Below are positions 55,997 to 64,000 of a stretch of 64,000 nt of DNA, piece by piece (positions within the stretch are counted from its first letter, which is position 1; every line of letters starts with the position of its first letter). The notes beneath the pieces were generated by a model that did no database searches, was not told the DNA's origin, and saw only the letters and a list, made by a program, of their open reading frames with translations. This stretch comes from Actinorhabdospora filicis (GTDB taxonomy: Bacteria > Actinomycetota > Actinomycetes > Mycobacteriales > Micromonosporaceae): positions 1,975,571 through 2,039,570 of the forward strand of contig NZ_BSTX01000001.1 of assembly GCF_030269765.1 (NCBI RefSeq). Direction: 5' to 3'. Both the position numbers and the translations under genes were made by a program.

Positions 55997-56051
55997 AGAA
56001 CGCGACGGCCCGCGCCTGTTGAGGCGCGGGCCGTTCGTGCGCGGGAGGGAA

Positions 56052-57053
56052 CTACACGCCCGCGTAGGAGTGCAGTCCGGTGACCACCAGGTTGATCCCG
56101 AAGAGGTTGACGATCATCGTCAGCCAGCCCAGGATCACGATCCACGGGGCGAGCCGGCGTCCGCCGGGGCCGGTCGCGCGCGCGTGCAGGTAGCCCGCGT
56201 AGACCACCCACGCGATGAAGGACCAGACCTCCTTGGGGTCCCAGCCCCAGTAGCGGCCCCAGGCGCGCTCGGCCCACACCGCGCCCGCGATGACGCCGAA
56301 GGTCCACAGCGGGAACGCGAAGACGTGCAGCTTGAAGACCAGCCGCTCCAGATTGGCCACCTCGGGCAGGCGCGCGCCCAGGGTGATCGGGAAGCGCAGC
56401 CGCCCGCCCTTCGCGGTCACCGTGTCGTAGCGGCGGCGGATGAGCTGGAGGGCGGCCGGGACGAAGCCGACCATGAAGATGCCGGAGGCGATGACGGCCG
56501 CCGTCACGTGGATGGCGATCCAGTACGAGTTGAGCGCCGGGACCAGCGGCTGCGCCTCGGTGTAGAGCCGCGTCGCGGTGCCCAGCAGCAGGATCGCCAC
56601 CAGCGTCACGAACAGCCCGATGCGGCGGGCGGCGTGCCCGGCGGTGACCACGTACAGCCAGGTGCACACCCCGACGAGCACCACCGCGATGATGAACTCG
56701 TACATGTTGCCCCACGGCACGCGTCCCACCGAGACCGCGCGCAGCACCAGGCAGGCGGCGTGCAGGACCGCGCCGATCCAGGTCAGCACGAGGGCGACCT
56801 GCCCGGCCCGGTTGGCCTGGTTCATGGTGATGCCGAGGCGCTCGGCGCGCTCGTTGACGTGACCGCCGGCGGTCTCCTCCTCGGTCACGTCGGGGCCACC
56901 GGCGCCGGCCAGGACCTTCGCCTCCGCCTTCACCGCCCGGCGACCGAACGCGTACTCCAGTGCGTAGCCGAGCATCGCCACGGCGTACAGCACGATCGTG
57001 GCGATGAACAGCTTGTCCGACAGTGAGGCGTAGGTCGCGTTCACGTCGCCCAT
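56052..57053 (-). CDS. ccsA: cytochrome c-type biogenesis protein CcsA/ResC
   Basis: Start trimmed to MGDVNATY (GAAGGAG RBS). WGxxWxWD tryptophan-rich heme-handling motif (WGRYWGWDPKEVW). Conserved His residues. Confidence 0.85.
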   Translation of the reverse strand: MGDVNATYASLSDKLFIATIVLYAVAMLGYALEYAFGRRAVKAEAKVLAGAGGPDVTEEETAGGHVNERAERLGITMNQANRAGQVALVLTWIGAVLHAACLVLRAVSVGRVPWGNMYEFIIAVVLVGVCTWLYVVTAGHAARRIGLFVTLVAILLLGTATRLYTEAQPLVPALNSYWIAIHVTAAVIASGIFMVGFVPAALQLIRRRYDTVTAKGGRLRFPITLGARLPEVANLERLVFKLHVFAFPLWTFGVIAGAVWAERAWGRYWGWDPKEVWSFIAWVVYAGYLHARATGPGGRRLAPWIVILGWLTMIVNLFGINLVVTGLHSYAGV

Positions 57054-58600
57054 CAGGTCTCCTTCGCGCTGGCGACGATGTCGCCGAACTCGGTGGCGAA
57101 GCCGGGATTCTCGGTGCGGGCGAGACCGCCCGCGGTGACGTTGTCGCCGCGGACGCGGAACCACACGCGGCGGCGTTTGACGGTCAGCGACGGCAGGAGC
57201 CCGGCCAGCACGGCGATCGCCGACCACAGCACCACCGGCTCGCCCGGGTCGGAGCGGGCCTGGACGGTGATCCAGCGCTCCAGCCCGGTGAAGGTGACGG
57301 TCGAGCCGTCCTCCAGGGTCTTCGACTCGCCCTGCTTGAGGAAGAAGCCCACCTGCATGGGCTTGAGCTGGCCGGTGGCGACCTGCCGCCGGTCCAGGGC
57401 GTAGACCGAGCCGGGCTTGCCGTTGTCCAGGCCGAGGTCGCCGACGTAGGGGAAGAGCATGACGCCGGGGTTGCGGGAGTCGGGGAACAGCGAGGTCGTG
57501 TAGGGCGCCTGCTCGGGGGCGGTGGGCAGGAACATGCCCTCGAAGGCCATCTGCCGCGTCCGGTCGCGCTGCCCGGTCGCCGAGAGGTTGGCGTCGGGGA
57601 ACGTCGCCACGCCCTCGGAGAGCATGGAGGCGTTCATCGGCAGGAACGGCGTCCGCGAGACCTGCGTGTTGCCCTGCGCGTCGGTGTAGGTGAGGACGGG
57701 GGTGTAGCCCTGCCCGAGGAGGTAGAGGTTGGCCGCGCCCATCCGCAGCGGCTCGTTCACCTCCAGGTGGAACTTCTCCGTGGGGGCCTCGCCGCCCTCG
57801 CCGTAGAGCACGTCGGCGGCGTAGGTGACCGGCTGCCCGTTGTCCAGGTACTCGGCCTTGAATCCGTCGAGCTGGACGCAGAACTTCGGCAGGTCCGCCG
57901 CCGAGATGTTGGGGCCGAGCCCGTAGTCGTCGTACTGCTGGAGGTTGTTGCAGAAGGCGGCGTCGGCACCGGCGCCCAGGATGCGGTTGCCGTGCCAGCC
58001 GTACAGGGCGCCGACGGCCACGCCCACCAGCAGCCCGAGCAGGGCGAAGTGGAAGATCAGGTTCCCGGTCTCGCGCAGGTAGCCCTTCTCGCCGGACACG
58101 GTGACCGAGCCGTCGGCGTGCTCACGGGTCTCCACCCGGAAGCGGCGCGCCTTGAGGACCCCGGCCAGTTTCGCCGCGCCGGCCCCGGACTCCCACTCGT
58201 CGTGCTGCGGCATCAGCGACAGCCGCGCCGGGGCGTCCGGCGGGCGGCGGCGGATGGCGTCGACGTGCTCGCGCAGGCGCGGGATGAGGCAGCCGACGAG
58301 GGAGACGAACAGCAGCCCGTAGATCGCGGCGAACCAGGGCGCGGAGTACACGTCGAACAGCCACAGCCGGTCCATGATCGGCGCGGCCTGCGGGTGGTCG
58401 GTGAAGTACTTGCCGACGTTCTCCACGTTCACCGAGCGCTGCGGCAGGATCGAGCCGGGCACGGCGGCCACGGCCAGCGCGAACAGCAGGATCAGCGCGG
58501 TGCGCATCGAGGTGAGCTGGCCCCACCACTTGCGGGCCAGCGAGACCGCCCTCGGCGACTTCTTGCCCTTCGCGGGACGCGGGGGCGCATCCACGGTCAT
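57053..58600 (-). CDS. ccsB: cytochrome c biogenesis protein CcsB/ResB
   Basis: Start trimmed to MTVDAPPRP (ATGA overlap with the ccdA stop). N-terminal TMs, large periplasmic domain and a C-terminal TM. Exact start inferred from the ORF-track frame. Confidence 0.8.
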   Translation of the reverse strand: MTVDAPPRPAKGKKSPRAVSLARKWWGQLTSMRTALILLFALAVAAVPGSILPQRSVNVENVGKYFTDHPQAAPIMDRLWLFDVYSAPWFAAIYGLLFVSLVGCLIPRLREHVDAIRRRPPDAPARLSLMPQHDEWESGAGAAKLAGVLKARRFRVETREHADGSVTVSGEKGYLRETGNLIFHFALLGLLVGVAVGALYGWHGNRILGAGADAAFCNNLQQYDDYGLGPNISAADLPKFCVQLDGFKAEYLDNGQPVTYAADVLYGEGGEAPTEKFHLEVNEPLRMGAANLYLLGQGYTPVLTYTDAQGNTQVSRTPFLPMNASMLSEGVATFPDANLSATGQRDRTRQMAFEGMFLPTAPEQAPYTTSLFPDSRNPGVMLFPYVGDLGLDNGKPGSVYALDRRQVATGQLKPMQVGFFLKQGESKTLEDGSTVTFTGLERWITVQARSDPGEPVVLWSAIAVLAGLLPSLTVKRRRVWFRVRGDNVTAGGLARTENPGFATEFGDIVASAKET

Positions 58601-59388
58601 ATCCCGACCTCCCCGGGCCCGATCTCGGCGCGCAGCCAGTTGTTGAAGTCGGCCCACACGCCGGTGACGAGGGCCAGGCCGACCAGGATCAGCAGGACAC
58701 CGCCGACGGCGGTCACCCAGCGGCTGTGGCGGCGGATGAAGGAGAACACGCCCAGGAGCTTGCGGAAGCCCAGGCCGAAGGCCAGGAACGGCAGGCCCAG
58801 CCCGAGGCAGTAGGCGACGGCGAGGACGACACCGCGCCCGGCCTGTCCCGAGACCGCCGACATGCCCAGCACCGCGCCCAGCGTCGGCGACAGGCACGGC
58901 GTCCACGACAGCGCGAAGACCGCGCCCAGCACGGGCGCGCCGATCAGCCCGGCGTCGGGCAGTTTGCGCTGCGAGCGCCACATGCCCTGCGTCCCCGGGA
59001 TGATCCCGAGGAAGATCACGCCGAGGACGATGATCCCGACGCCGATGACGCGCTCGACGACGGCCTGGTTGACCAGGAGCGTCCGGCCGATCTGGGCGAA
59101 GGCGAAGCTCAGGATCGTGAAGACGACGGTGAACCCGGCGATGAACAGCGCGCAGCCGGCCAGGATGCGGCCGCGGCGGCGTCCGGAGTCGAGGTCGCTG
59201 CCCGCCAGGCCGGTCACGTAGGAGAGGTAACCGGGCACGAGCGGGAGGATGCACGGCGAGGCGAAGCTGACCAGCCCGGCCAGCGCGGCCACGCCGATGG
59301 CGAGGAGGAGGGGACCCGACGAGGCGACGTCGGAGAAGCCGTTCACGGCGCGGCCTCCTCTCCTTTGGGCGGCAAGAAAGTTCGACAC
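58597..59388 (-). CDS. ccdA: cytochrome c-type biogenesis thiol-disulfide transporter CcdA (DsbD family)
   Basis: GTG start. Conserved Cys in TM1 (SFASPCILPLVPGY) and a second Cys (WTPCLSP). Confidence 0.8.
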   Translation of the reverse strand: MSNFLAAQRRGGRAVNGFSDVASSGPLLLAIGVAALAGLVSFASPCILPLVPGYLSYVTGLAGSDLDSGRRRGRILAGCALFIAGFTVVFTILSFAFAQIGRTLLVNQAVVERVIGVGIIVLGVIFLGIIPGTQGMWRSQRKLPDAGLIGAPVLGAVFALSWTPCLSPTLGAVLGMSAVSGQAGRGVVLAVAYCLGLGLPFLAFGLGFRKLLGVFSFIRRHSRWVTAVGGVLLILVGLALVTGVWADFNNWLRAEIGPGEVGI

Positions 59389-59419
59389 ATCGTAGAACCA
59401 GAGCGGGAGTGATCGACTT

Positions 59420-59986
59420 TCAGGTCTCGGCCACGATCTCGGCGAGGACGGGCTGGAGCTCGGAGCCGATCAGGCCCTTGCGGAAGATGGCGGCCACGCC
59501 GCCCTCGCGGTCGATGATGATCGTCGCGGGGATCGTGGTCGGCGGGACGTCCTCGAAGCCGAGCGCGATGCGCCCGGAGGGGTCCCAGAAGCTGGGGTAG
59601 GTGACGCCGAGGCCCTTCTCGAAGGCCTCCGCCTTGTCCCGCTCGTCGCGGATGTTGATGCCCAGGAACTGCGCCTCGGGGACGGCCGCGGCGACCGTGA
59701 CCAGCTCGGGGCCCTCCAGCCGGCAGGGCGGGCACCAGGACGCCCAGAAGTTGATGACGAGGACCTTGCCCGCGTGCGAGGCGGCGTCCAGCGGGCTGCC
59801 CGCGACGTCCTCGCCCTTCATGGCGGGCGCCTGCGGCCGCTCGCCCTTGGGGTAGCGGGTGGTCTGCCCGTCCTGGGAGACGAAGCGCTGCTGGTTGGTG
59901 GCGGCCGCGCCACCGGAGCCGCACGCGGTCAGGACCAGCGCCAGGCCGCCGAGGGCGGCCGACGAGAGGAGTGCCCGTCGCCGCAT
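59420..59986 (-). CDS. resA: thioredoxin-like lipoprotein ResA/TlpA family
   Basis: Start trimmed to MRRRALLSS with lipobox LTACGS. WCPPC active site (FWASWCPPCRLE). Confidence 0.85.
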   Translation of the reverse strand: MRRRALLSSAALGGLALVLTACGSGGAAATNQQRFVSQDGQTTRYPKGERPQAPAMKGEDVAGSPLDAASHAGKVLVINFWASWCPPCRLEGPELVTVAAAVPEAQFLGINIRDERDKAEAFEKGLGVTYPSFWDPSGRIALGFEDVPPTTIPATIIIDREGGVAAIFRKGLIGSELQPVLAEIVAET

Positions 59987-60648
59987 CAGGCGCCCTTGGC
60001 CTTGGCGGCGGTCTTGGAGGTGGCGATGAGCGCGGCGGCGGGTTCGGAGTAGTCGATGCCGACGAGTTTGGAGCCCTCGAAGCGGAAGGACGTCAGGCTG
60101 GCGAGGGCGCACTGCCGCCGCCGCGGGTCGTGCCACAGCTTCTTGCCCTCGGCGAAGCGCCGCAGCGTCCAGATCGGCAGCTGGTGGGAGACGGCGACCG
60201 CCTCGTGTCCCTGCGCCTTGACGCGCGCGGCGTGCAGCGCGGTGAACATGCGCTTGGCGATGACGCGGTACGGCTCGCCCCAGGACGGGGTGAACGGGTC
60301 GCGCAGCCGCCACCAGTTGCGCGGGTCGCGCAGCGCGCCGTCCCCGACGGAGACGACCTTGCCCTCGAAGAAGTTCTCCGATTCGATGAGGTCCTCGTCG
60401 GCGGCGGTCTGCACGCCGAAACGCCGCGCGAACGGCTCGGCGGTCTGCTGCGCGCGCTCCAGCGGCGAGGCGACGACATAGGTCACGTCATGACCGTCGA
60501 GGGCCTTGGACGCGGCCTCGGCCATCTGCTCGCCGAGGGTGGAGAGGCGGTAGCCCGGGATGCGCCCGTAGAGGATGCGCTCCGGGTTGTGCACCTCCCC
60601 GTGGCGCAGCACGTGCACCACGGTGGTCTCGGTACCGTCGGTTCTCAC
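59986..60648 (-). CDS. histidine phosphatase (phosphoglycerate mutase-like) family protein
   Basis: RHGE catalytic motif (VLRHGEVHN) at the N-terminus. Conserved position between hemL and resA in actinobacteria. Confidence 0.8.
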   Translation of the reverse strand: MRTDGTETTVVHVLRHGEVHNPERILYGRIPGYRLSTLGEQMAEAASKALDGHDVTYVVASPLERAQQTAEPFARRFGVQTAADEDLIESENFFEGKVVSVGDGALRDPRNWWRLRDPFTPSWGEPYRVIAKRMFTALHAARVKAQGHEAVAVSHQLPIWTLRRFAEGKKLWHDPRRRQCALASLTSFRFEGSKLVGIDYSEPAAALIATSKTAAKAKGA

Positions 60649-61958
60649 TTTGCGACCTTAGCCGCAGCACGTGCCGCGTGCGGGAGGGCGTCGGCGATGA
60701 GCCCCAGGGCGTCGTCGTCGAGCGCGCCGGAGACGAACCACGCCTCGTAGGCGCTCGGCGGCAGGTACACGCCCCGGTCGAGCATCGCGTGGAAGAACGC
60801 CCGGTAGGCCGCCGCGTCCTGCGTCTGCGCGGCTTCGAGGTTGGGCACGTCGGCGTCGGTGAAGAACACGCTGAACATGTTCCCGGCCGTCGACACCCGG
60901 TGCGGCACACCCGCCTCGGCGAGCGCCTTGGTGGCCAGCCCCTGGAGGGTGACGGACGTCGCGTCGAGCTTCGCGTACAGCTCGTCGGTGCACAGTTCGA
61001 GCGTGGCGAGGCCCGCCGCGCAGGCGAGCGGGTTGCCGGACAGCGTCCCCGCCTGGTAGACGGGTCCTTCGGGCGCCATCCGGCTCATGAGCTCATCGCG
61101 TCCACCGAACGCGGCGGCGGGCAGTCCCCCGCCCATGACCTTGCCGTAGGTGTAGAGGTCGGCGGTGTCGCCGGAGTAGCCCGACCAGCCGTTCTTCGAG
61201 ACCCGGAAGCCGGTCATGACCTCGTCGAGGATCACCAGCGCGCCGTCGGCGTGGGCGATCGCGGCGAGCTCGCGGTTGAAGCCGTCCCTGGGCGCGACGA
61301 CGCCCATGTTCCCCGCGGCGGCCTCGGTGATGACGCACGCGATCTGCCCGGGGTTCTCCGCGAACGCCCGCTTCACCGCGTCCACGTCGTTATAAGGAAG
61401 GACGATCGTCTCGTCGGTCCCGACGACACCCGGCGAGTCGGGCAGCGCCAGCGTCAGCACACCCGATCCCGCGCTGGCCAGCAGCGGGTCGACGTGCCCG
61501 TGGTAGCACCCGGCGAACTTGACGATCTTCGTCCGCCCGGTGGCGGCGCGCGCCAGGCGCAGCGCGCTCATCGTCGCCTCCGTCCCGGAGTTCACCAGGC
61601 GGATCTTGTCGACGCCCGTCCGCGCGGTCAGCTCCTCGGCCAGCGCCACCTCGCCCGGCGTCGGCGTCCCGAAAGAGGTGCCCTTCGCCGCGGCCCTGCC
61701 CACGGCGTCGATGACGTGCGGATGCGCGTGCCCCACGATCAGCGGCCCCCACGAGCACACCAGGTCCACGTACGTGTTGCCGTCGGCGTCGGTCATCCGG
61801 CAGCCCGCACCGGAGACCATGAAGCGCGGCGTCCCCCCGACCGAGCGGAACGCCCGGACCGGCGAGTTCACGCCACCGGGGACGATGCGCGAGGCGCGCT
61901 CGAAGAGCTCGCGCGAGTTCTCTGTCCTGGAGTTCGGAGCACCACTGGAGTCGGCCAC
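60645..61958 (-). CDS. hemL: glutamate-1-semialdehyde 2,1-aminomutase
   Basis: Class III aminotransferase fold. PLP-lysine region ([15 protein letters not shown]). Typical HemL N-terminus ([19 protein letters not shown]). Confidence 0.9.
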   Translation of the reverse strand: MADSSGAPNSRTENSRELFERASRIVPGGVNSPVRAFRSVGGTPRFMVSGAGCRMTDADGNTYVDLVCSWGPLIVGHAHPHVIDAVGRAAAKGTSFGTPTPGEVALAEELTARTGVDKIRLVNSGTEATMSALRLARAATGRTKIVKFAGCYHGHVDPLLASAGSGVLTLALPDSPGVVGTDETIVLPYNDVDAVKRAFAENPGQIACVITEAAAGNMGVVAPRDGFNRELAAIAHADGALVILDEVMTGFRVSKNGWSGYSGDTADLYTYGKVMGGGLPAAAFGGRDELMSRMAPEGPVYQAGTLSGNPLACAAGLATLELCTDELYAKLDATSVTLQGLATKALAEAGVPHRVSTAGNMFSVFFTDADVPNLEAAQTQDAAAYRAFFHAMLDRGVYLPPSAYEAWFVSGALDDDALGLIADALPHAARAAAKVAK

Positions 61959-62006
61959 GGCCGGATTATCACAGCCGGTCGGTGAGGCGTTCCTGAGAGG
62001 TGCCCG

Positions 62007-62351
62007 TCAGGTGACCGGGTCCGTGGACGTGACCCCGCTCTCGCGAATCGGGAACCGCTCGGCGTTCCTGGCCATCTTCTTGCGAGCGGCGTCGATGAGG
62101 TCGATGTCCAGCACGTCGGCCAGCCGCGCGAGGTAGTGCAGCACATCGGCCATCTCCCCGGCGACGAGCTCCCGCTTTTCGGGGGTGAGCGCCTCGGCCT
62201 CCTCGGGGGTGAGCCACTGGAACTCGGCGGCGAGCTCACCGGCCTCGCCGGCGAGCGCCATCGCGAGGTTCTTGGGGCGGTGGTACCGCTGCCAGCCGCG
62301 AGCGGCGGCGAAGGCGCGGAGATCGGCGGTGAGGGAGGCGAGATCCGGCAT
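62007..62351 (-). CDS. MazG-like nucleotide pyrophosphohydrolase (small)
   Basis: 114 aa with EAGELAAEF...EEAE...ELVAGEMADVLHYLARLA MazG EExxE/ExxD motifs. Confidence 0.65.
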   Translation of the reverse strand: MPDLASLTADLRAFAAARGWQRYHRPKNLAMALAGEAGELAAEFQWLTPEEAEALTPEKRELVAGEMADVLHYLARLADVLDIDLIDAARKKMARNAERFPIRESGVTSTDPVT

Positions 62352-62419
62352 GCGGCGAGGGTAGCGAAGGGGTGGCCGAGGGTTGTTAGGGTGCCGGAAG
62401 TGCCCGTACGTGAAAGGTA

Positions 62420-62779
62420 GTGCCCGAAATGACCTTGAGCGCGGATTTGAAAGCGATACACGAGGCGGGGGCGGTGCTCTTGCCCGAGATCGCCGACGCC
62501 TACCAGGCGATGGAGAACACCACGGCCAGGCTCATGAGCCTGCACGGCGGTCTGACCAGGGCGGGCACCGCGACCGCCTGGCCTGACGCGATGGGTGCCC
62601 TGCTCCTGGTCCTGCGGTCGTCGAAACAGAACATCACCGACGCCGGAGACGTCCTCCGGCTGATCGCGTACGCCTACGCCACCACCGACAAGGAAGCCGC
62701 GGCCAACCTGGTCAAGGCCGCATCCCTGCAGGACGGCATCCCCACCCACATCGAGCGGCGCGAGGAGAGCGACCGGTGA
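62420..62779 (+). CDS. hypothetical protein
   Basis: 119-aa helical ORF. GTG/ATG start preceded by GAAAGG. Confidence 0.45.
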   Translation: MPEMTLSADLKAIHEAGAVLLPEIADAYQAMENTTARLMSLHGGLTRAGTATAWPDAMGALLLVLRSSKQNITDAGDVLRLIAYAYATTDKEAAANLVKAASLQDGIPTHIERREESDR

Positions 62780-63732
62780 CCGACGTGGATGTGATGGGAG
62801 CTGACTTTCCCGGCCGGCTGTCGGCGGAGATCGATCGCGTCTTCGCACGCATGAAGGTCGCCCGTGGAATGGGCGTCCTGACGGAGATCAAGCCCCGGTT
62901 GATGGCCATGGCCGGACCGGATCCGGACGCCTTCGAGGAGGCCTTCCAGGCTTATGCCTCCCTCGCGGCCATGACCGGGGCCGAGAAGAGCACCATCGCG
63001 CCTTCCGACCCCGGCTTCACGGGCGTCCCGAAGGGAGTCGTCACCATCACGGCGGAGGACGTCGCCGCGAAGGTCGAACCATGGACCGGTACCGCGGCGA
63101 CCGCCTTCAACGCGTTCATCAAGCACTTCAGGCCCGGCGGGAACACCATCGCGTCCCAGCGGCTGCTCTTCGACTACCTGAATCTGGCCGCCGGGGCCCA
63201 CCAGCAGGTCTACATCAACTCCCGGCGGGACCTGTGGGATCTCGTGGCCGGCCTGGACGCCGGTATCGACACCTCGGAGGACATCAGCTCACCCGGGATC
63301 GCGGTGTTCCTGACGGTTGTCGCGGCCATCGCCTCCGGTGGTGCGACCGCCCTGGCGCCCGGACTGTCGGTGGCGGCGCTCGGGGCCACCGCGATAGCCG
63401 CGGCCGGGTCCTCGGGCGCGGCGCTCATCAGCGGCCACGCGGCCGACAATCGGGAGGTCGCTCTCGACCCGCACGACAAGTGGACGCTTCGGGACAGCCT
63501 CGTCGACGTCATCGGCACGATGGAGACCGATCTCCTCGACGCCGAAGAGAAGGTTCGCTTGTCGATTCAGGCCTTCACCGAGCAGATGAACCCCGGCGGC
63601 GAGATCGGCCGCCAGCTGATCGGCCCATCGGTCGGCGGTGGCACGACACCGATCGAGTGGGCACCTGACGGCTCGGGGTCACTGCCGAAGTCCTACCTGG
63701 ACGACTTCGTCCCGCCCTCGGAAACGGAGTGA
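62776..63732 (+). CDS. hypothetical protein
   Basis: 318 aa. GTG start overlaps the previous stop (translational coupling). Gly/Ala-rich central region. Confidence 0.45.
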   Translation: MTDVDVMGADFPGRLSAEIDRVFARMKVARGMGVLTEIKPRLMAMAGPDPDAFEEAFQAYASLAAMTGAEKSTIAPSDPGFTGVPKGVVTITAEDVAAKVEPWTGTAATAFNAFIKHFRPGGNTIASQRLLFDYLNLAAGAHQQVYINSRRDLWDLVAGLDAGIDTSEDISSPGIAVFLTVVAAIASGGATALAPGLSVAALGATAIAAAGSSGAALISGHAADNREVALDPHDKWTLRDSLVDVIGTMETDLLDAEEKVRLSIQAFTEQMNPGGEIGRQLIGPSVGGGTTPIEWAPDGSGSLPKSYLDDFVPPSETE

Positions 63733-63736
63733 CCTG

Positions 63737-64000
63737 ATGACCGACATCGAGGAATCACCCGAAAAGCCCGAAACCCCTCGCTCGCGCTGGATCGGCCTGG
63801 CCCTGGCCGGGATGGTACTGCTGGCCATCGTGCCCATCGTCATCAGCTGGAACGACGATTCCGGCGAGAAACCCGCAGCGACCCCGTCCGCGACGGCCAG
63901 CCCGGTCCCACCACCGGCGGGGCAGCCCCTCTCTGTGACGGAGTTCGGCCGCACGACCATCGAGACGGACGACTACGGTCTGATCAGCTACGGCCTCGTC
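63737..64000 (+). CDS. hypothetical membrane-anchored protein (3' truncated by window end)
   Basis: ATG at 63737. N-terminal TM anchor (WIGLALAGMVLLAIVPIVISW), then a Pro/Ala-rich linker. Confidence 0.4.
   Translation, partial: MTDIEESPEKPETPRSRWIGLALAGMVLLAIVPIVISWNDDSGEKPAATPSATASPVPPPAGQPLSVTEFGRTTIETDDYGLISYGLV

Noticed and set aside
62420-63732. WXG100/ESX-secretion-associated small proteins
   Set aside because: Helical and of the right size, but no clear W-x-G motif or YxxxD/E export signal could be read. Left as hypotheticals.

Overview
High-GC actinobacterial chromosome segment, Streptomyces-like and densely coding. Many long antisense ORFs in the track are GC artefacts. From left to right:
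- a TetR regulator and FAD monooxygenase pair
- two tandem paralogous lipoproteins
- an orphan Cys-rich small ORF
- an amino-sugar (aga/nag-like) catabolic cluster (class II aldolase, PfkB kinase, NagA, ROK kinase, SIS isomerase, DeoR)
- HAD, DUF3263 and GNAT genes
- an unusual ~1 kb repeat-rich non-coding stretch with a 64-nt palindrome
- a tRNA-Thr(UGU)
- immediately after the tRNA, a ~32 kb mirror-symmetric region in which two convergent triplets of paralogous ~900-aa secreted YVTN-propeller/Ig/FG-GAP-propeller proteins (six genes) bracket a central cargo
- central cargo: nfeD, a flotillin and a ~1640-aa AAA+ ATPase; msiK; a wrbA, MFS and MarR operon; a second MarR; UbiD/UbiA menaquinone (futalosine-type) genes
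- to the right: a NarL-type two-component system, a CPBP protease, an MFS transporter, a PadR with two paralogous membrane proteins, a TetR/SDR pair, the cytochrome-c biogenesis block (ccsA/ccsB/ccdA/resA), a histidine phosphatase, hemL, and small hypotheticals

The most notable candidate system is the flotillin/NfeD/giant-ATPase module flanked by the six-member FG-GAP surface-protein array. That array shows a clear gene-conversion tract and paralogous terminator hairpins. No homology searches could be run. Family calls rest on recognisable motifs in the translations.
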